The translations under genes were made by a program, and so were the position numbers. Of a DNA stretch of 13,555 nt, positions 1 through 7,052 are shown piece by piece. The notes under the pieces were generated by a model. It saw nothing but the letters and a program-made list of their open reading frames with translations. It had not been told where the DNA came from and did no database searches. The DNA is taken from IMG/VR virus record IMGVR_UViG_3300026224_000027, positions 1-13,555 of that record. One strand, given 5' to 3'. Each line of letters opens with the position of its first letter. Position 1 is the stretch's first letter. This stretch comes from a virus (lineage: Duplodnaviria; Heunggongvirae; Uroviricota; Caudoviricetes).

Positions 1-2
1 TA

Positions 3-488
3 TCATGCCTGTTTTGCGACCTCATTCACTACGTCATTTTTTACCATCCGGCTGATAATCAGATTACACAAATCGTCAATAATTGACTGCACTCTGTTTA
101 CTGCCATCGGTTTAAGCCCAGCATCACGTGCCAGAATACTGGGGAGTTTTTCCAGTTCCTCGCTTACGATTTCTCCCCATATAGCCATCTCTTTTCGCAC
201 ATCATCGGCGGGTATGAGTTGCGCCGTTTCCTGTTCGAACTTGAGGCGCTCACGTTCGGACTGATACCAGGCCTTACGGTCGTGTGGCTCCATTTCTTCC
301 AGTGATGCCGGAACGGGAAGATCAAGAAAACAGGTCAGAATGTCAGTCACCCGATAGAGTTTCAGCTTGTCATGTCCTCCGGCTGGCTGGATATTTTTCA
401 GCCTTGCCGCCGCAGTCTGGCGACATATTCCCGCTATCGCCGCCAGCTGGTTAATGTTCAGCATCAGATTTTTCAGTTCCCGATCCAT
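3..488 (-). CDS. Phage terminase small subunit, Nu1-like (partial; C-terminus beyond window start)
   Basis: N-terminal HTH-like segment LNINQLAAIAGICRQTAAARLKNIQPAGG followed by an acidic coiled region, resembling lambda Nu1 (by recall). ORF track starts at a TTG (545); the ATG at 488 with GGAG 5-6 nt upstream is the likelier start. Confidence 0.5.
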   Translation of the reverse strand: MDRELKNLMLNINQLAAIAGICRQTAAARLKNIQPAGGHDKLKLYRVTDILTCFLDLPVPASLEEMEPHDRKAWYQSERERLKFEQETAQLIPADDVRKEMAIWGEIVSEELEKLPSILARDAGLKPMAVNRVQSIIDDLCNLIISRMVKNDVVNEVAKQA

Positions 489-715
489 ACCCGCTCCAGA
501 ATGTTTTAAACATGCATCTTGCAAATATCTTTTAAAAAAGGTCAAAAAACGCGCTGTATGTTGAACACAAAATAAGCAAAATTAACATACCAAAAATAAA
601 AGCACTTAAAATTCAATATGATAGAAAGATGATGATGACGAATGAAAATGCAAAAACCAGCCTTTTTCCGCGCCGCTCCCGCCCCGTGGCAGACCACCCC
701 ACCGGGAGGACCCGT

Positions 716-738
716 AAAAAAAGGCGGCTATCGCCGCC
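716..738 (-). terminator. Rho-independent terminator after capsid gene
   Basis: On the minus strand, GGCGGC-(GATA loop)-GCCGCC hairpin followed by TTTTTTT (plus A-run 716-722), 8 nt after the capsid stop at 746. Confidence 0.5.
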
Positions 739-745
739 CTTGTTG

Positions 746-1507
746 TCATGCTCCACTCGATTTCAGTAATCCGCGATAGTCGAGGGCCGCGACACCTGCA
801 TCTATGCGCACCTTCCAGGCGACGCCATCAACAGTAAAGCCCTCCTGCTCCTCAAGATATGGCGTATCAATACCATCAAGATAAGCGACCTCTATCGTGT
901 CCATACCCTTCGCCGCTGCCACATACCACTCCTTGTTATTGGCTTTATCAAGACGTGGCTCAACGATTACCTCCGCCATATCTTTCACCACGTTAATGAT
1001 GCCGGGGTTCTGATTGATAGTGCCCACGCCATCAACCGGAAAGAGTGATGACGATGACAGAATGGCGCGATGTGCGGCAGACTCCAGCGCGGCGGGGACC
1101 AGGACAAATGCAGGGGTAATATTCAGCGAATCGCCGTTAGCGTCTTCCTGGAGGCGCATCAGCTTACGGGCTTCGTTAAGCCCCTCCATGTCCATATCCT
1201 TCGCAATAAGATTTTTATGATCGGCATGGAATAACGCTTTACCATCCGTAAACTTGCCGTTGCTGGTTAACAGGAGATAAACCAGATTGCCAACTGTTCT
1301 GGCAGCTGCGCGTCCCATCGCCATGGGGATTGTAGTTAACTGGGTCAGGTCATCGTTGATAATGGCCTGACGGGTAACGGAAAATATATTCCCGTACGTG
1401 GCCAGCGCAATAGGTACACCTTTATCGCTGGTGGTGATGTATTTATATTCCGCACCTTCCGGTACTTTATCCAGCTTTGAAAAACATTCAGACCAACGCG
1501 CTTTGCT
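746..1507 (-). CDS. Major capsid protein, C-terminal portion (second reading frame of the protease-capsid fusion gene)
   Basis: Frame is open from the stop at 1508-1510 down to 746; reads ...ATYGNIFSVTRQAIINDDLTQLTTIPMAMGRAAART... with capsid-like character. Contiguous with but frame-shifted relative to the 1345..2658 ORF. Confidence 0.5.
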   Translation of the reverse strand, partial: SKARWSECFSKLDKVPEGAEYKYITTSDKGVPIALATYGNIFSVTRQAIINDDLTQLTTIPMAMGRAAARTVGNLVYLLLTSNGKFTDGKALFHADHKNLIAKDMDMEGLNEARKLMRLQEDANGDSLNITPAFVLVPAALESAAHRAILSSSSLFPVDGVGTINQNPGIINVVKDMAEVIVEPRLDKANNKEWYVAAAKGMDTIEVAYLDGIDTPYLEEQEGFTVDGVAWKVRIDAGVAALDYRGLLKSSGA

Positions 1508-2658
1508 TCATGAAAGTTTGAAAGCGAACCGGTACGCGTCCATTTCTGGAACGTTTCGCCGCTGTCCTGCCAGCCTTTCAGTACAGATTTTTCAGCCCCA
1601 CCAGCCAGAATATGAGAAAAATCACTGCTGCTGTGTGTAAAAGCCGCATTAACAACCTGCGAGCGATTAATAAAACCGCTCACAGTGATACCACGATCAA
1701 CCAGTGATGCCTGGGCCATTTCAAAAAGACTCATCATCGCGTAAGGGTTGCCTCGTTCAGGCCGTTCATACCCAAGACGGGAATAAAGCCCCTGACGAAT
1801 TGCATCACCTGTTATGTTTCCGTTTCCAGCATAGATATGAGGCGGGGTATTTTTATTGGATGGCGTGGACTCGCGCCCCAGCTCGTTCAACAGCTTTTCA
1901 CGGGCCATTTCCGGTGTACATGATGCATCTTCCAGACACGCCATTTTGATCCCGTCGTAACGACTGCCGAACAGGCTAAACACTTCACTTATTCCATTGA
2001 TGCGCTTCTGTTCATTACCAGCAATGTTTGCCGCTCCCTGTGGCGGTGTAATCATTCCTTTAATGGTTTCCGGCATATGTAAAAAATCTCCTGTGCGTTT
2101 CGATTCAATTCGCGCCATTGCTCTGACGGATGGCAACAATTCATCAGCAAAACCGTGCTTAAGGCATTCTTTCCCATCCATCCAGGTTTCATCCTCCAGC
2201 ATGGCGGTAATTTCCTGTGCTGATTTGCCCGTTTTTCTGGCATAAGCAGGGATTAACACGGTTTCCACCTTATCCAGCAAATCAGCATAATCACGCATAT
2301 CGCCAGCATTTCCGCCAGAGATCCCCCACGGTTTATGGATCATCATCATGGCGTTCTCCGGCATCACTACACGATCGCCAGCCATTGCGACCACCGAAGC
2401 CATTGAAGCCGCAACACCATCGATATAAACCGTAATGTCTGCCGGATGATTCCGTAGCAGGTTATAGATGGCGATGCCTTCAAACACATCACCACCTGGT
2501 GAATGGATCCTCAGATTGATATGTGAAACATCGCCAAGGGCTTTCAGGTCTTCCGCGAACTGCTTTGCAGTAACACCGAAGCCGCCAATCTCCTCATAGA
2601 TAGATATATCCGCCGCTCCGCGAACATCCGCCGCCTTAATGGTGTACCAGCGATTCAT
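1345..2658 (-). CDS. ClpP-family (S14) prohead protease domain fused to N-terminal part of major capsid protein; apparent frameshift near its 3' end
   Basis: N-terminal about 185 aa carry ClpP-like motifs: GVAASMAS (Ser), MIHKP (His), SPGGDV. The remainder is capsid-like. The last about 50 aa of this frame look non-native where the second frame (746..1507) is open. Confidence 0.65.
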   Translation of the reverse strand: MNRWYTIKAADVRGAADISIYEEIGGFGVTAKQFAEDLKALGDVSHINLRIHSPGGDVFEGIAIYNLLRNHPADITVYIDGVAASMASVVAMAGDRVVMPENAMMMIHKPWGISGGNAGDMRDYADLLDKVETVLIPAYARKTGKSAQEITAMLEDETWMDGKECLKHGFADELLPSVRAMARIESKRTGDFLHMPETIKGMITPPQGAANIAGNEQKRINGISEVFSLFGSRYDGIKMACLEDASCTPEMAREKLLNELGRESTPSNKNTPPHIYAGNGNITGDAIRQGLYSRLGYERPERGNPYAMMSLFEMAQASLVDRGITVSGFINRSQVVNAAFTHSSSDFSHILAGGAEKSVLKGWQDSGETFQKWTRTGSLSNFHEAKRVGLNVFQSWIKYRKVRNINTSPPAIKVYLLRWPRTGIYFPLPVRPLSTMT

Positions 2659-2864
2659 TGTTCCCCCACCGATGCAAAACCATTCTGATTAAGCCAGGTG
2701 TTTACGGCATGTCTGACAATCTGCGCCACACCTGGTAATGGTTGGTCAGGATGATGATTTATATGGTCGATCCTGTACTGCTTAAGGCGCATAACGGTCT
2801 GCGCATCCAGATGAACGGAACCACCTCTGGTATCACCTGTGTTCAGGTCATTAATACAACTCAC
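2655..2864 (-). CDS. Hypothetical small protein (69 aa), first gene of capsid operon
   Basis: GTG start preceded by GAGGAAG about 5 nt upstream; its TGA stop overlaps the ATG of the protease gene (ATGA), suggesting translational coupling. Confidence 0.35.
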   Translation of the reverse strand: MSCINDLNTGDTRGGSVHLDAQTVMRLKQYRIDHINHHPDQPLPGVAQIVRHAVNTWLNQNGFASVGEQ

Positions 2865-2965
2865 AGCAACTTCCTCTGACTGACTAAACTATGCACATTA
2901 TTGATCGATAAAAGTGGTAAATAAATATATTTCTATCATAAAAACAGATTAATTAGATTCAGACA

Positions 2966-2989
2966 CAAAAAAGCCGGATTTCTCCGGCT
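2966..2989 (-). terminator. Putative intrinsic terminator downstream of replication operon/ori
   Basis: Minus-strand hairpin AGCCGGA-(GAAA)-TCCGGCT followed by TTTTT (plus A-run 2967-2971). Confidence 0.4.
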
Positions 2990-3125
2990 TCTGTCACTCG
3001 TTGCTTAAAACGGTATGTTATCCCCGTACGGATCATCATTCCCCGCCTGTTGTTTTGGTGTGCTTCGCTGTCATAGGCTTTATCTCACAGCAGTAAATTA
3101 AAATTTTTGCGTTTTAACCCTTCAA

Positions 3126-3348
3126 CTGTTCACCTTTTGATATTTTCTCTTTTAATTCATAATGTTAAGGGGTGAACAGTTTCAAAAAAACTATTCACCA
3201 ACTGTTCACCACTGTTCACCCTTGAAGCTCAATAAACAATCAAAAAGGTGAACAGTGAATAGTTTGGTGAACAGTTCATAAATAACTGTTCACCCTATAA
3301 TATAATGATATAAAAGATATTTATGACAGGGTGAACAGTGGTGAACAG
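3126..3348. repeat. Iteron array: putative island replication origin
   Basis: At least 9 exact copies of the 9-mer GGTGAACAG / CTGTTCACC in both orientations (3126, 3171, 3202, 3212, 3247, 3266, 3286, 3330, 3340) plus degenerate copies (3191, 3254), with an AT-rich stretch 3297-3328. Lies immediately 3' of the primase/helicase gene. Confidence 0.7.
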
Positions 3349-3361
3349 TTATTCCATAAGT

Positions 3362-5194
3362 TTAATTTTTGCTATCGTCATTAGTGACCGATACACATGA
3401 TGGCATCCAGTCTTCTGATTCCTCCGTCAGTGTCACGTTTGAACGCAAACCGTGTTTCGTTTTCCGTTTCATATACTCCCTGCCATATTCCGCCATTGCC
3501 CCCGGCATATCTTTACCGAAGCGCGTCAGTGTTACAGGTTTACCAAACCCATGTGCCCTCATATAAGCCAGATAGGCATGATAGAGATACCTGCGTGGGC
3601 TGAATGGCACAATTTCAGCATTACCCACTAACAGGCCATCACACATTACCGACGCCATGAGATAGCCGCAGAAGTCCACCAGCGAATCCCCCTCTCGCTT
3701 TATCGCCAGTGCTTCTTCAGATTTCTGCTGCTCATATAACAGGCGTCTGGCTTCGTCCTGGTCAGCAAACCGTGTAAGCAGATGGCGAATCACTACCGCC
3801 AGCTCACCTTCTATTTTTTCCGCCAGCATTGGATCACGTTCGTTCTCCGGTACAACTTCCGAAAAATTGAATATCACCCGACGACGTGAGATCCCCCCGC
3901 TGCGGTCACTGAATGACATGGCGTTATTGTTAACCGCCAGCACTACTGCCGGAATACGCGTTGAGTAGGGGGCTTTGTGTTTCGGGTCAATTGCCACCTT
4001 GTCACCGCCTGTAATAGCCTTAATCCCTGCCCCATCACCAGCGTAGCGGGTCATATCCGGCATGATAATCAGCGAAAAGCCAACCACTAACGCGCGTTCC
4101 CTTGCATCTTCCAGCGCCTTCATGCTTGCCGATACTGTGTTGGCCTTACCCGCCAGCATGGTGCAAATCTCCGCCATCACGCTTTTACCACTTCCCCCTG
4201 GACCTGTTACCTCAATGAATAACTGCCAGTCGTACCGGTTCGCCAGCACCATGAATAATGCAGCCAGTACGCGATCCGCCTTGCGGTCATTCTCAGCCAC
4301 CGAACGGCGTAACCACTTCCAGAAATTCGGCGCATGTGTTGCCAGCGTTTCCCCCTCTGCTGGTGGGCTGAAAGGTAATTCACTGGCAATTAACAACCAG
4401 TCGTTTTTGTTATGCTCCCGAAAATTACCTGTTCTGGTATCAAATACCCCGTTACTGAATCCAATCAGGTTACGGGCTGTATTCCCCATTACAGGCAAAC
4501 TTAACTTCATGGTATCGACCGCCGATTTAATGGCGTTCTGCGAATAGCTGATCTCCGCATCAATGAAAATCTGTGCCATAGCTCGCTGTAATTCTTTATC
4601 CTGTACTGGCTCCCATACAACGCCGTTGTAATGGTGAACAGTGTCAGAGTCAGCATGAATCGCCAGTTCACCGCCATAATGTGCCAGGAGAACTTCGCCG
4701 CGTTGACTTGCTCCCATCTGGTTAAGCGCCAGTGATGAAGCGTTATCGTCTTTTACCCGCTCTTTTTTCTTTACAGGCAGTTCAACTACCTTTTTCTTTT
4801 CCGCCAGCTCTGCCCGTTCACGTTCCAGATATTCGTGCCAGTTCTCCCGTTTCTGGCTGTGCATTCCTTCAGGATAATAATCAGCATCCCTGACACCTGC
4901 CGCTGCCAGTTTCTGCCCGATGGTATTAACAAGCACCGGACGCAATAACCCCGCCTGATAGAGACGCACGCGATAGCGTCCGTCCGGTACGATTTGCAGG
5001 TTGTCCAGTTCGGCAAGTTGTTGCTCTCCAAGCCAGACAGGTGGCACGTTATCGCCTGCCAGTCGCCCGTCCTGTTCCTGCCACTGCTTCGCATGTGCCC
5101 ACGCATCACTACCCGCAAAAATGATGACTTCCGTCATTTTGTCACGCGGCTGGTGTTTTAAATTTGGCGCTTTTTTCATTTCTGCTCTCTCCAC
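3362..5194 (-). CDS. Replication initiator: phage/plasmid primase-helicase, P4/D5 family (Walker A NTPase)
   Basis: 610 aa; Walker A motif GPGGSGKS and a downstream hydrophobic beta-strand (LVVGFSLIIMPD) typical of the P4-alpha C-terminal NTPase family. Alternative start at the ATG 5179 forms an ATGA overlap with the upstream 99-aa gene. Confidence 0.7.
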   Translation of the reverse strand: MERAEMKKAPNLKHQPRDKMTEVIIFAGSDAWAHAKQWQEQDGRLAGDNVPPVWLGEQQLAELDNLQIVPDGRYRVRLYQAGLLRPVLVNTIGQKLAAAGVRDADYYPEGMHSQKRENWHEYLERERAELAEKKKVVELPVKKKERVKDDNASSLALNQMGASQRGEVLLAHYGGELAIHADSDTVHHYNGVVWEPVQDKELQRAMAQIFIDAEISYSQNAIKSAVDTMKLSLPVMGNTARNLIGFSNGVFDTRTGNFREHNKNDWLLIASELPFSPPAEGETLATHAPNFWKWLRRSVAENDRKADRVLAALFMVLANRYDWQLFIEVTGPGGSGKSVMAEICTMLAGKANTVSASMKALEDARERALVVGFSLIIMPDMTRYAGDGAGIKAITGGDKVAIDPKHKAPYSTRIPAVVLAVNNNAMSFSDRSGGISRRRVIFNFSEVVPENERDPMLAEKIEGELAVVIRHLLTRFADQDEARRLLYEQQKSEEALAIKREGDSLVDFCGYLMASVMCDGLLVGNAEIVPFSPRRYLYHAYLAYMRAHGFGKPVTLTRFGKDMPGAMAEYGREYMKRKTKHGLRSNVTLTEESEDWMPSCVSVTNDDSKN

Positions 5195-5475
5195 GCGGCA
5201 ATCATGTTTTTCAGTTCCTGTAGTTTTTTATCAACATCCATACATGACACATGATTATTTCTGGAAAGCGGGATTTCCCGCCTGAATCTGCTAATAAAGA
5301 TCTCCACGTTCAGCGAACTATGAAATGAATAGCCATCACGAATAAAATACACACGGTCAAACATCAGTTCTTTTACCGTTACTCTGTTACCGTTCTTATC
5401 CAGATAAATAGCGCCGGGGATAATTTTGGGGTGTGCATAACCGCTGGCAGTCAAGCCAGATAAATATGTTCTCAT
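5176..5475 (-). CDS. Hypothetical protein (99 aa)
   Basis: Stop overlaps the start of the replication gene (ATGA at 5176-5179); compact operon context. No recognisable motif. Confidence 0.45.
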   Translation of the reverse strand: MRTYLSGLTASGYAHPKIIPGAIYLDKNGNRVTVKELMFDRVYFIRDGYSFHSSLNVEIFISRFRREIPLSRNNHVSCMDVDKKLQELKNMIAAWREQK

Positions 5476-5481
5476 GATTAT

Positions 5482-5802
5482 TTATCCCCGATTTGAATCA
5501 GTATTCGCTTTCTTTATGGCATTTAATGCATCTGCGGCATTTTCAATGGTGCACCGTAACGAAATATCAAACTGCCCAAGCATTGCCAGTAACAAACCGA
5601 TATTACCCATATCAATGCGCATAGCCTTTTCGTCATAGTCCTCATTTTCTGACGCATGCCACATCAGGCTACCAATTGACGCAATACCCATTGATATATT
5701 GTCAGTAGCCCCATCCGCAGCGGAATAAACCTTTTTAGCAATATCATGCTCACAGTTAAAATGCGGATTAATCAGGTACTGGTAATTTGACATATCAGGC
5801 AT
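5482..5802 (-). CDS. Hypothetical protein (106 aa)
   Basis: Start ATG (5802) lies 2 nt before the TGA of the upstream 67-aa gene; 6-nt gap to the next gene. No recognisable motif. Confidence 0.45.
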   Translation of the reverse strand: MPDMSNYQYLINPHFNCEHDIAKKVYSAADGATDNISMGIASIGSLMWHASENEDYDEKAMRIDMGNIGLLLAMLGQFDISLRCTIENAADALNAIKKANTDSNRG

Positions 5803-5998
5803 GGCACACCCCCTGACGAATACGGGCGGCGAATATCATCACGCAGCCAGCCGGGGATTGCTGGCGTGCTTCCTGTTCGCTGGTGGCCACGATGTGAATC
5901 ACGCGCGGTTGTGCCGTGCTCAGGGCGATAAAACGCCAGATGAATTTATTCAGGTTGTGCGAGTCCCGCCCTTGCGGGTGTGTGGTATGATTTAACAT
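5795..5998 (-). CDS. Hypothetical small protein (67 aa), first gene of leftward operon
   Basis: Internal Met of the 306-aa track ORF (MLNHTTHPQ...), with GAGGT about 6 nt upstream. The longer ORF upstream of this Met runs through promoter, operator and terminator elements and is judged spurious. Confidence 0.4.
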   Translation of the reverse strand: MLNHTTHPQGRDSHNLNKFIWRFIALSTAQPRVIHIVATSEQEARQQSPAGCVMIFAARIRQGVCHA

Positions 5999-6094
5999 AG
6001 CTACCTCGATACTTCTGCTATCGTTGGTGGTTAGAAGCCCGGTTAGTGTTAGCGCACTGCCGGGTTTCGTCGTTTCTGCACCTTGCATCAACAA

Positions 6095-6170
6095 GGTGTT
6101 AAACACCAATTTAAGCCTAGGTGTTAAACACGTCAAGTGTTGAACACTTATTTTTTTTCCTGCATACTGC
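6095..6170. promoter_or_regulatory. Divergent promoter region with three 13-bp palindromic operators
   Basis: Operators GGTGTT-A-AACACC (6095-6107), GGTGTT-A-AACAC (6120-6131), AGTGTT-G-AACACT (6136-6148). Rightward promoter: -35 TTGAAC (6141-6146), 17-bp spacer, -10 CATACT (6164-6169). Leftward promoter on minus strand: -35 TTGACG (6136..6131), 17-bp spacer, -10 TAAATT (6113..6108). Confidence 0.45.
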
Positions 6171-6197
6171 ATTTGTTTTTTGTAAGGAGTACACAAC

Positions 6198-6377
6198 ATG
6201 GCGACAAAAGCAGTAAACGCAAAATCACAAACAGTTGCGGCAAGGGTTCCGCATGAAGTTATGAACAATGTTGAGGCGGTAAAAATGCCTGGTGAAAGTA
6301 CAGGGCAGTTTGTAACAGCAGCATTAAAGCGAGAAGTTGAATACCGCCAGCGTCGCAAGGCCAAAGAGCAGGAGTAA
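6198..6377 (+). CDS. Small ribbon-helix-helix-like DNA-binding protein (59 aa), putative island regulator; absent from ORF track
   Basis: AAGGAG 8 nt upstream of the ATG. Sequence MATKAVNAKSQTVAARVPHEVMNNVEAVKMPGESTGQFVTAALKREVEYRQRRKAKEQE shows a strand-helix-turn-helix pattern reminiscent of Arc/CopG RHH proteins. Sits directly beside the operator cluster. Confidence 0.45.
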   Translation: MATKAVNAKSQTVAARVPHEVMNNVEAVKMPGESTGQFVTAALKREVEYRQRRKAKEQE

Positions 6378-6434
6378 CCATCACCAGCGCCGTGGTGCGG
6401 TGAACTGTGGCGCACAGGGTTACAGGTATCTACG

Positions 6435-6614
6435 ATGACTGACAAATCATTAAAGAAATTATCCTCATCCAAGAAAAAACAACGCAAAAATGCGGTAAAC
6501 GAACATGAACCGGAGAGATTCGCACCATGTGCGTTTATCCTTGAGAAGTACCTTAAAGAGTATTCTAGGAAAATACGCTCATTGCAGGCATGGCAGCGAA
6601 TCGAGCCAGACTGA
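6435..6614 (+). CDS. Hypothetical basic small protein (59 aa); absent from ORF track
   Basis: ATG-initiated ORF (MTDKSLKKLSSSKKKQRKNAVNEHEPERF...) downstream of the RHH gene and followed by a strong terminator; RBS weak. Confidence 0.3.
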   Translation: MTDKSLKKLSSSKKKQRKNAVNEHEPERFAPCAFILEKYLKEYSRKIRSLQAWQRIEPD

Positions 6615-6678
6615 TAGCATTGCCCACTAGCCGACAACCTGGTATTCTGGATATGCTCAAGTTTAGTGTTATGCCACT

Positions 6679-6706
6679 GGCGACCGCCCCCGGTCGCCTT
6701 TGTTTT
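6679..6706 (+). terminator. Rho-independent terminator ending the rightward small-ORF transcript
   Basis: GGCGACCG-(CCCC)-CGGTCGCC 8-bp GC stem followed by TTTGTTTT; lies between convergent ORF 6435..6614 and alpA. Confidence 0.6.
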
Positions 6707-6724
6707 ATGTGTCATAGCTCCCCC

Positions 6725-6949
6725 CTAGGCTGCCTTACCTGAATTAACGCGGTCACGGCTTTGCACCCAGTCCATAACTTCGGAAAGCAACCAGCCTACA
6801 GAACGCCCCCCAAGATTACGGCGAGACGGAAAGCCCCCTTTCTTCTCCAGTTCGTAGCGTGTAGTACGGCTGACGCCTGTTAACTTACGACATTCATCCT
6901 CACGAATTACGCGATCTGTTAGTGATTGAAATTGTGTATTTTGATTCAT
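6725..6949 (-). CDS. alpA: AlpA-family transcriptional regulator (excisionase-like HTH)
   Basis: 74 aa; C-terminal segment LGGRSVGWLLSEVMDWVQSR resembles the AlpA conserved region (GxxSVGWxExEIxxWxxxR); positioned downstream of int in the same orientation, as in P4-like elements and Gram-negative PICIs. Confidence 0.75.
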   Translation of the reverse strand: MNQNTQFQSLTDRVIREDECRKLTGVSRTTRYELEKKGGFPSRRNLGGRSVGWLLSEVMDWVQSRDRVNSGKAA

Positions 6950-7052
6950 AAAAACACCCTCGAACGTAACCGAACGAGGGCATCTTATTTACCATAGCAG
7001 TTGGTGCAATATTGGAAAAATAAACTTTATTCTAATTTATCGTTCTCCATGA

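Noticed and set aside
1475-1490. Programmed ribosomal frameshift in the capsid gene
   Set aside because: There is no canonical slippery heptamer or downstream stimulatory structure, and programmed shifts are not typical for capsid genes; reported instead as an unexplained frameshift (indel or sequencing error).
1398-2435. Several plus-strand ORFs (1398..1640, 1704..1949, 1997..2245, 2217..2435) antisense to the protease-capsid gene
   Set aside because: They lie entirely within a strongly supported coding region on the opposite strand and have low-complexity, Cys/His/Pro-rich translations typical of antisense frames.
3126-3348. Possible CRISPR array suggested by the repeated GGTGAACAG motif
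   Set aside because: Repeats are only 9 bp, occur in both orientations with irregular spacing and no uniform spacers, and lie next to a replication gene, so they fit iterons rather than CRISPR.
3369-5285. Plus-strand and nested minus-strand ORFs inside the primase-helicase gene (e.g. 4062..4547, 4786..5118, 5001..5285)
   Set aside because: They overlap the conserved Walker-A-containing rep frame, and none has a convincing RBS or protein-like composition.
5795-6715. 306-aa minus-strand ORF from the six-frame track
   Set aside because: Its upstream two-thirds run antisense through two plus-strand small ORFs, the operator/promoter cluster and a terminator hairpin, and the translation is Cys/His/Thr-rich and low-complexity. 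Only the last 67 codons (5795..5998), which have their own RBS and coupling to the next gene, were kept.
6957-6980. Hairpin CCCTCG...CGAGGG followed by a T-run just upstream of the alpA start, considered as a terminator
   Set aside because: The T-run abuts the alpA start codon and the 3' arm (GAGGG) doubles as the alpA Shine-Dalgarno, so it is more likely an RBS context or attenuator than a terminator.
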